DNA from: a virus
Taxonomy: Duplodnaviria; Heunggongvirae; Uroviricota; Caudoviricetes
Direction: 5' to 3' (one strand)
DNA length: 4,321 bases
IMG/VR virus record: IMGVR_UViG_2778261593_000010
Coordinates: 1-4,321 of that record
This document shows positions 1 to 4,321 of the stretch, in pieces. The notes under the pieces were generated by a model. It saw nothing but the letters and a program-made list of their open reading frames with translations. It ran no database searches and was not told where the DNA came from. The translations under genes were made by a program, and so were the position numbers. Numbering within the stretch: position 1 is the first letter of the stretch; the number at the start of each line of letters is the position of its first letter.

Positions 1-402
1 ATCGCCCCGTTCACCATTACACCTGAACTTATCGCCGCGGCGAAGGATGCCAAAAAGCGGGAAATTGAGGCATGGCGTACAGAACAGGAAGCGCAGCCGT
101 TCACGTTCAAATGGAACGGTCGTACCTGGAACGCTGGCCCCGACTCACTGGCTCGCCTTTATCCGGTAGTAATGGCGGCGAAATCCGATACGGCACGGAA
201 CGAGATGACGTGGGGTGACGCTGATAATCAACAGGTGAAACTGTCGATGCCGGAACTGGAAGAACTGGCGGCAGCAATGGCGCAGGCGCAGGTCGATCGC
301 AATGACGAGATTTATCGCCGTCAGCGACAGATGAAGGACGTGCTGGATAGCCTTAATAATCTTGCCGACATCCGCGCTTTTCAGGCTGGAGAGTCAGAAT
401 GA
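1..402 (+). CDS. 3' portion of a phage tail-fibre-assembly / tail-chaperone-like protein (DUF4376-like C-terminal region); 5' end lies outside the window
   Basis: Frame 1 is open from base 1 to the TGA at 400-402 (134 codons with no stop); the ORF track's start at 172 is only the first in-frame ATG. Codon usage is typical of enterobacteria. The W/G/D-containing stretch (FTFKWNGRTWNAG ... MTWGDADNQQVKLSMPELEELAAAMAQ) resembles, from memory, phage tail fibre assembly / DUF4376 proteins. The stop overlaps the next start (ATGA at 399-402). Confidence 0.75.
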   Translation: MAPFTITPELIAAAKDAKKREIEAWRTEQEAQPFTFKWNGRTWNAGPDSLARLYPVVMAAKSDTARNEMTWGDADNQQVKLSMPELEELAAAMAQAQVDRNDEIYRRQRQMKDVLDSLNNLADIRAFQAGESE

Positions 403-1112
403 AATGGGAAAAGGCAATTCTGCGCCCGTCAGCCATGAACATTAAATGCTCTGTGGTTTGCCTGCATCCATGGTCAGAAAATACCGGAAACATCAAACCA
501 TCGGGGCGTTATCTCAGCCCCGAAAATGCTGTATCTGCACTTTTACCCTATCTGAAAGAAAACACAGAAAAGGACATTGTGGCGCTGTTATTTTGCGCTC
601 CTTCTGCTGGCGAGTTTTTATCACTCGCCAGGCAATTTTCAGGCGCATTTCCGTTGCCGGAGGTGGGACGAATGTCCCGCATGATCTCCAGCCAGCTTTC
701 ACTGGCCATCAGCAGAATGCAAATCCCCGCCAGACCGGCAACATCACTTCCGGAACCGATAATGCTGTCGACACAGACCACTCGCAGCATGTCGCTGGCG
801 GCAACCATTGCACAGGCAGCCACTCCTGCCGCCACATCACCGGAAACATTGTCATCATCACTGCATCAGTTCATGAATGCGAGAGATAAAGCTCTACAGG
901 AAATCGCTGATCAGCAGGCCGCACTCCGGCAAAAATTTTGCCCGGTGTGGCGCTTTTGCTACAAGGGAGCCCTCAGCCAGGCCGCAGTGCTGATACAAAA
1001 AAACATCCCACACCCTGAGTGGGTTTTTACAGCTGTGATGCTGTTCGTCGGCGATGATCTCTCATCACTAAGGGAAGCACTACATGACCCAGATGATTGT
1101 CCTTGCGCTTGA
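399..1112 (+). CDS. Hypothetical protein, 237 aa, with an Ala/Ser/Thr/Pro-rich low-complexity centre and a predicted helical Ala/Gln-rich C-terminal part; function unknown (a short tape-measure-like or linker protein is speculation only)
   Basis: A 714-nt ORF; start ATG 399 overlaps the upstream stop (ATGA) with GGAGAG at 388-393 as a ribosome-binding site; its 3' end overlaps the next gene by 29 nt. Against it: several rare codons (AGA, AGG, ATA, CGA), 7 Cys, and a minus-strand ORF (548-835) sharing wobble positions with better-looking codon usage. Confidence 0.55.
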   Translation: MKWEKAILRPSAMNIKCSVVCLHPWSENTGNIKPSGRYLSPENAVSALLPYLKENTEKDIVALLFCAPSAGEFLSLARQFSGAFPLPEVGRMSRMISSQLSLAISRMQIPARPATSLPEPIMLSTQTTRSMSLAATIAQAATPAATSPETLSSSLHQFMNARDKALQEIADQQAALRQKFCPVWRFCYKGALSQAAVLIQKNIPHPEWVFTAVMLFVGDDLSSLREALHDPDDCPCA

Positions 1113-1659
1113 CGGGGAAGCCATTCTGCTGCGCAACATCACCGTCAGCGCCACCATGCAACTACCGGACAAAGATATGTCCGGACAGTCAACCAGCACC
1201 ACGAGCGCCCAGCAGGGAAGCAAGGCTAAAGAGCTGCGCGTGTCGGGGGTTATTGATTTTAACGATGAAGCTATTCTGACCCGTATTTTTCAGCTTGCGG
1301 AGGCAACAGAAAGCAATGGCGCGAAAAAAACATATCGCATTGCTAACGCTACCGCGAAGGCAATCAATATGCGACAGGGGGTATTTTCTGGTGGCATTGA
1401 TGCCACGGAACAACAGGGAAAAATGCACTGGCAGGTCACCTTTACTCTCAGGGAAAAATTAAGCGTGCCAGAGAAAGCGTCTGCACGTAGCGGTTCGCAG
1501 AAAACCATCGCCAGACAGCAGACCCAGAACGGTAGCGAACAGGCACCAGACAAAGGCATGAATACGCAAAGTTCGTTCTGGAAAAAAATCAATGATGCCG
1601 TTGGCTCTGGTCTGGATGCTGTTGGCATCGGGAGCGTGAAAGAGGAAGGGAAAACATGA
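1084..1659 (+). CDS. Hypothetical protein, 191 aa; possibly a gpU-like tail tube-initiator/tail protein (low-confidence recollection), with a Gln/Ser-rich C-terminal tail
   Basis: Clean ORF with typical codon usage; GGGA upstream of ATG 1084; stop overlaps the next start (ATGA at 1656-1659). The segments LRVSGVIDF, ILTRIFQLAEATESNG and HWQVTFTLREKL resemble, from memory, P2 gpU-family proteins; not verified. Confidence 0.8.
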   Translation: MTQMIVLALDGEAILLRNITVSATMQLPDKDMSGQSTSTTSAQQGSKAKELRVSGVIDFNDEAILTRIFQLAEATESNGAKKTYRIANATAKAINMRQGVFSGGIDATEQQGKMHWQVTFTLREKLSVPEKASARSGSQKTIARQQTQNGSEQAPDKGMNTQSSFWKKINDAVGSGLDAVGIGSVKEEGKT

Positions 1660-3353
1660 AATTGATACAACGCTGCATGATTAATGGCGAACGGGTGGAA
1701 ATTGCCGATATAAGCCTTGTTCTTACCCTGAATGCTGCCGGTCGTGGCTTCATTTCTGTTAACAATCTGTCACCCGAACACAGCCTTGCCGGCGCAATGG
1801 TACAAATTGATCTCGGCCGTGACGGTGAAGCATGGCGCTATTTCTCCGGCTACATTGAGCGCGATCAACCTGCTGAAAATGGCTCACGTCGCCTTTTTAT
1901 TCGTGAAGCGGCTGCTGTGCTGGATTTTGATTTCCCTTGCTCCATGCAACACCCGACGTTGCGGAGGGTACTCGATAATCTGGGGCGACAAAGCGGTATC
2001 GTTTTTATCACTCCGGATGCGGATTATGCCAGTATACCAACTCCCTACATCACCCACAGCGGCAGCGGAGCACAACTGCTCAGCCAACTGGGGCGAGCAT
2101 TCAGTATCAGCGATTACGTCTGGCACCCTATGCCGGACGGTTCTGTATTTGTGGGAAGCGCAGCTGATTCACGATTTGCCAGTATTACAATGCCGGATAT
2201 TCCGCAACAGTACACACTCGGGCAAGGCGGCGGAAACAGCATCGACATCATGTTCATGGAAACTGTGCGACCGGGCGTGAATCTTCCCGCCGGGCGTATT
2301 ACCCGCGTAGCCCTCAACAACGAGAAAATGACTCTGACGTGGGAGCGCCTTACCGTCACGGGCAGCCCTGTCTCCAAATCACCATTACGCAGACAGATGG
2401 AAACACAGTTCCCGGAACTGGCCAGCGGCACACTACACACCAGGCTGGCGCGCGTCATTGCACCAACGGAATCCGCCACCCTGGGCGATGTGGCCGACAG
2501 CTTCCGTCCACGCTACGCCGTGGACGTGCAACTGCTCGATGAGGACGGCAACGATAAAAGCGATACGCCTGTTTACCCGGCAGTCCCACTCCCCGTCCCG
2601 ATGGCTGGTAGCGAGGCGGGATGTTTTGCCTACCCGCCGGCAGGCACCATCGTGGAAATATCTAACATTGAAGGGCGCCCGGATAAACCTGTTATCAGGC
2701 AAATCTTACCCGCTGGCCGTAACCTGCCTGATGTAAAGCCCGGCGAACAACTGCAGCAACAGCGCGCAGAAGTGTTTCAGCGCGTCACGACTGACGGAAG
2801 CTGGCACAGAGAAACAGACCAGCAAATCAGGGAGCAGTCAGCCACCCGCACAATTAACAGTGATGCAGAAGAGCGCACCACAACAACCAGAACAACCACA
2901 GTACGGGCAAACGACATAACCAGTGTTCTGGGAACCAGCAAGCTGGCGGCAGGACAAATAGAGCACCTTACTACCGGCCATTACGCGATCGCAGCCAGCG
3001 AGCATATCCAGATGGTAGCGCAGGATTTGCTGACTAAACTCAAAGGGGCAATATCCACAATTGAGCAGGACCTGACTGAAAACGTGGGAGGCCGCAGAAC
3101 ATGCCGGGCGGACGGCGGTCTGAAGTTTACAGCCCCGACAGTATTTATTGGTCGCGGTGGCTCACGGGAAAAATCCGAACTTAATCTGCTGACGTTGTTG
3201 ATTGATATTCTGGATCTGATTCAATTGCTGGCCACGCACACTGCAAACCATACCCACAGCAACACTGGCGCACCAATGAACAGCGGCGAACTTGCCGCAG
3301 ATGCCCTGCAGGCTACGAGCCTGCGCGAAAAATACGGGGACCTTATCGCCTGA
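1656..3353 (+). CDS. Large hypothetical protein, 565 aa; candidate fused phage baseplate hub/spike-like protein (gpD/gp27/VgrG-like N-terminal region, Thr-rich linker, C-terminal HxH tip motif)
   Basis: A 1698-nt ORF with a strong ribosome-binding site (GAGGAAGGG, 1641-1649) and start coupled to the upstream stop. N-terminal segments (LVLTLNAAGRGF, RYFSGYIERD, RRLFIREAAAVLDF, TLRRVLDNLGRQSGI) resemble the Phage_GPD/VgrG N-domain from memory. The C-terminus has HTANHTHSNTGAP, reminiscent of the HxH apex motif of gpV/gp5-type spikes. No Walker A or obvious nuclease motifs. Confidence 0.85.
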   Translation: MKLIQRCMINGERVEIADISLVLTLNAAGRGFISVNNLSPEHSLAGAMVQIDLGRDGEAWRYFSGYIERDQPAENGSRRLFIREAAAVLDFDFPCSMQHPTLRRVLDNLGRQSGIVFITPDADYASIPTPYITHSGSGAQLLSQLGRAFSISDYVWHPMPDGSVFVGSAADSRFASITMPDIPQQYTLGQGGGNSIDIMFMETVRPGVNLPAGRITRVALNNEKMTLTWERLTVTGSPVSKSPLRRQMETQFPELASGTLHTRLARVIAPTESATLGDVADSFRPRYAVDVQLLDEDGNDKSDTPVYPAVPLPVPMAGSEAGCFAYPPAGTIVEISNIEGRPDKPVIRQILPAGRNLPDVKPGEQLQQQRAEVFQRVTTDGSWHRETDQQIREQSATRTINSDAEERTTTTRTTTVRANDITSVLGTSKLAAGQIEHLTTGHYAIAASEHIQMVAQDLLTKLKGAISTIEQDLTENVGGRRTCRADGGLKFTAPTVFIGRGGSREKSELNLLTLLIDILDLIQLLATHTANHTHSNTGAPMNSGELAADALQATSLREKYGDLIA

Positions 3354-3392
3354 TCACCTGGACATAAAAGCCACATAAACGCCCATCACACA

Positions 3393-3417
3393 ACGCACGG
3401 CTTCGGCCGTGCGTTTT
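3393..3417 (+). terminator. Rho-independent terminator of the plus-strand operon
   Basis: Perfect 9-bp stem ACGCACGGC / GCCGTGCGT (3393-3401 and 3406-3414) with a TTCG tetraloop, followed by a T-run (3414-3417); 40 nt downstream of the stop of the 565-aa gene. Confidence 0.8.
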
Positions 3418-3475
3418 CATATCTGCCACCTGATTAATGCGTTCTGCGCGCCATTCTGGCGCTGTATGCGCACAC

Positions 3476-3514
3476 CGCGTAAACGGTGTGACGTAAAGCG
3501 TGAGGTGACGTAAA
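3476..3514. repeat. Short direct repeats: CGTAAA three times (3478, 3492, 3509), two of them as the 10-mer GTGACGTAAA (3488-3497, 3505-3514)
   Basis: Seen directly in the sequence; spacing 14 and 17 bp; lies in the ORF-free region between the two terminators. Candidate protein-binding iterons or a recombination-site remnant. Confidence 0.4.
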
Positions 3515-3895
3515 CCGCGCTACCCCCTCCAACCCGCGGGTTTTGTGTCGAAACACTTTTTCAGTTTTCTGCCATGCAAAAATGACCGCCAGCCCGCGCA
3601 GCAACTGAGGGAAAAGCGAAGATCTGAAATTTCACGCTTTGAAATTTTTTGCAGTTTTCAGAGGGATTTTTACGATCTCATGAATGGCAGGAGAAAGAAA
3701 ACAGGCTGATATTAAAAGAGTTTTCATACTTTACGTGGGACAAGACGCGATCGCGAAAGGATCGCATCAAAAAATCTTCAAACAACGAAGCCAGACGCGG
3801 CGCGGCCTGCGTAAGATTGAGAGTCAAAATTAAACTGAAAAAAGGATCAATACCGCGCCTCGATCGCACATGACGATCTACGCAGCAACAGGACG

Positions 3896-3917
3896 AAAAA
3901 ACCGGCGCGAACGCCGG
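3896..3917 (-). terminator. Rho-independent terminator on the minus strand
   Basis: On the minus strand: CCGGCG-UUCG-CGCCGG (6-bp all-GC stem, UUCG tetraloop; plus coordinates 3902-3917) followed by six U (plus A-run 3896-3901). On the plus strand the A-run precedes the hairpin, so it terminates only leftward transcription. Confidence 0.7.
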
Positions 3918-3960
3918 CGGAAGCATGTATCAAATGCGTGATTGAATAATGTCTGCGGTC
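3896..3960 (-). ncRNA. Candidate ~65-nt small RNA transcribed leftward, divergent from the hok-like gene
   Basis: Bounded by a predicted minus-strand promoter (-35 TTGAGG, -10 TATAAA) and a minus-strand intrinsic terminator (3896-3917). The interval holds no credible ORF (only a 6-codon ATG frame). Length is similar to Sok-type antitoxin RNAs, but it does not overlap the predicted hok leader. Confidence 0.35.
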
Positions 3961-3966
3961 GGGAAT

Positions 3967-3994
3967 TTTATATCAGAAGGCTGACGGGCCTCAA
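3967..3994 (-). promoter_or_regulatory. Putative sigma70-type promoter for the leftward small RNA
   Basis: Minus strand: -35 TTGAGG (plus 3989-3994), 16-bp spacer, -10 TATAAA (plus 3967-3972). By-eye match only. Confidence 0.35.
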
Positions 3995-3998
3995 CGGA

Positions 3999-4028
3999 TT
4001 GATACAAGGGAAAAAACCAGGCTAGAAT
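3999..4028 (+). promoter_or_regulatory. Putative sigma70-type promoter for the hok-like transcript
   Basis: -35 TTGATA (3999-4004), 18-bp spacer, -10 TAGAAT (4023-4028); predicted start near 4036, giving a ~145-nt leader. Its -35 lies 4 bp from the -35 of the divergent minus-strand promoter. Confidence 0.4.
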
Positions 4029-4078
4029 TCGCGCGGGTGCCTTTCGGCTGATGGCTGGAGGGAATACCTGAAGGCCGG

Positions 4079-4153
4079 ATGTGGAAAGGCCCCGGAAAAC
4101 ACTTTTGTTTAACCGAGGCCCTAACCGTCTACCCTAAGCAAGTGATAGGTTAG
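4079..4153 (+). CDS. Possible 24-codon leader ORF in the hok-like mRNA leader (MWKGPGKHFCLTEALTVYPKQVIG)
   Basis: ATG at 4079 preceded by GAAGG (4070-4074); TAG at 4151-4153; same frame as hok-like gene and ends 27 nt before its ATG. It may be fortuitous. Confidence 0.25.
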   Translation: MWKGPGKHFCLTEALTVYPKQVIG

Positions 4154-4180
4154 CGCCTCCCTGAAAAAGGAGCAAGCGCT

Positions 4181-4321
4181 ATGTCGCAAAAATCGCTTAC
4201 GGCCATCACGTTCTGCGTGACGGCAATCCTCATCATCTGGATGCTGCACGGTTCGCTGTGCGAAATACGGATGAGCTTCTGGGGAGCGGAGTTTGCGGCG
4301 TTCTTACAGTGTAAGCAGTAA
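4181..4321 (+). CDS. hok: Hok/Gef-family type I toxin (small membrane-depolarising peptide), 46 aa, closest by memory to HokA-type paralogs
   Basis: Not in the ORF track (below its size cut-off). ATG 4181 has a ribosome-binding site AAGGAG (4167-4172, 8-nt spacing); TAA at 4319-4321. Product MSQKSLTAITFCVTAILIIWMLHGSLCEIRMSFWGAEFAAFLQCKQ has an N-terminal transmembrane helix followed by the family-defining SLCEIR motif and an E-x-AAF C-terminal segment (compare Hok of plasmid R1: ...[23 protein letters not shown]...). Confidence 0.85.
   Translation: MSQKSLTAITFCVTAILIIWMLHGSLCEIRMSFWGAEFAAFLQCKQ

Noticed and set aside
446-889. Plus-strand ORF (147 codons) in an alternative frame inside the 237-codon gene
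   Set aside because: The product is Cys/His/Arg-rich, typical of an out-of-frame translation; it is fully contained within the longer coupled ORF.
1097-1670. Overlapping alternative-frame ORFs within the 191-codon gene (1097-1279 plus strand; 1189-1428 and 1290-1670 minus strand)
   Set aside because: Shadow ORFs of a gene with clean codon usage and a ribosome-binding site; the products are Cys-rich and low-complexity.
1732-2736. Six alternative-frame ORFs inside the 565-codon gene (1732-2280, 2339-2542 and 2458-2736 on the plus strand; 1884-2126, 2114-2479 and 2433-2702 on the minus strand)
   Set aside because: All nested in the long, well-supported ORF; compositions are atypical (Arg/Cys/His-rich) and none has an evident ribosome-binding site.
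1656-3353. ATPase or nuclease defence-type function for the 565-aa protein
   Set aside because: No Walker A (GxxxxGK[ST]), no clear PD-(D/E)xK or HNH motif; the motif-level resemblance is to structural tail proteins instead.
3902-3917. The CCGGCG-CGAA-CGCCGG hairpin as a plus-strand terminator
   Set aside because: On the plus strand the A-run precedes the hairpin and no T-run follows, so it is a credible terminator only for leftward transcription.
3649-3926. ORFs of 74 codons (3649-3873, plus strand, TTG start) and 82 codons (3678-3926, minus strand) in the intergenic region
   Set aside because: Products are Lys/Arg-rich or Cys-rich junk with no ribosome-binding site; the minus-strand one starts inside the predicted small RNA and reads through its terminator hairpin.
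4062-4095. REP-like element (GGCCGGATG... resembling the GCCGGATGCGGCG repetitive extragenic palindrome)
   Set aside because: Only a short partial match with no convincing inverted partner; it lies inside the predicted hok leader and leader ORF.
3354-4180. tRNA or tmRNA 3' fragment marking a phage attachment site
   Set aside because: No GTTCRANNC T-arm-like motif or CCA-ending acceptor-like sequence was found by eye; the boundary hypothesis rests only on gene content and the long spacer.
1-4321. CRISPR array, integrase or transposase
   Set aside because: No regularly spaced direct repeats of CRISPR type, and no ORF with recombinase or transposase character; the repeats present are short and irregular.

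Overview
This 4.3 kb window has three parts. (1) Bases 1-3353 hold a tightly packed plus-strand operon of four genes: the 3' end of a phage tail-fibre-assembly/chaperone-like gene, then three translationally coupled ORFs of 237, 191 and 565 codons. By motif resemblance from memory (no search was run) the last two look like a contractile-tail tube-initiator (gpU-like) and a fused baseplate hub/spike protein (gpD/gp27-like N-terminus, HxH tip at the C-terminus), but none of the three could be assigned to a known gene with confidence, so they are the main candidate for an undescribed phage-tail-like or cargo module. (2) Bases 3354-4180 are an unusually long ORF-poor region. It contains a strong intrinsic terminator for the operon, direct repeats and palindromes, and a back-to-back divergent promoter pair. 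The leftward promoter would make a ~65-nt small RNA ending in a minus-strand terminator. (3) Bases 4181-4321 encode a 46-aa Hok/Gef-family type I toxin that the ORF track missed because of its size. Its upstream organisation is atypical for hok/mok/sok: no overlapping mok frame and no obvious cis-antisense RNA. No rRNA, tRNA, CRISPR array, integrase or transposase is visible. All promoter, terminator and homology calls are by eye and need computational confirmation.
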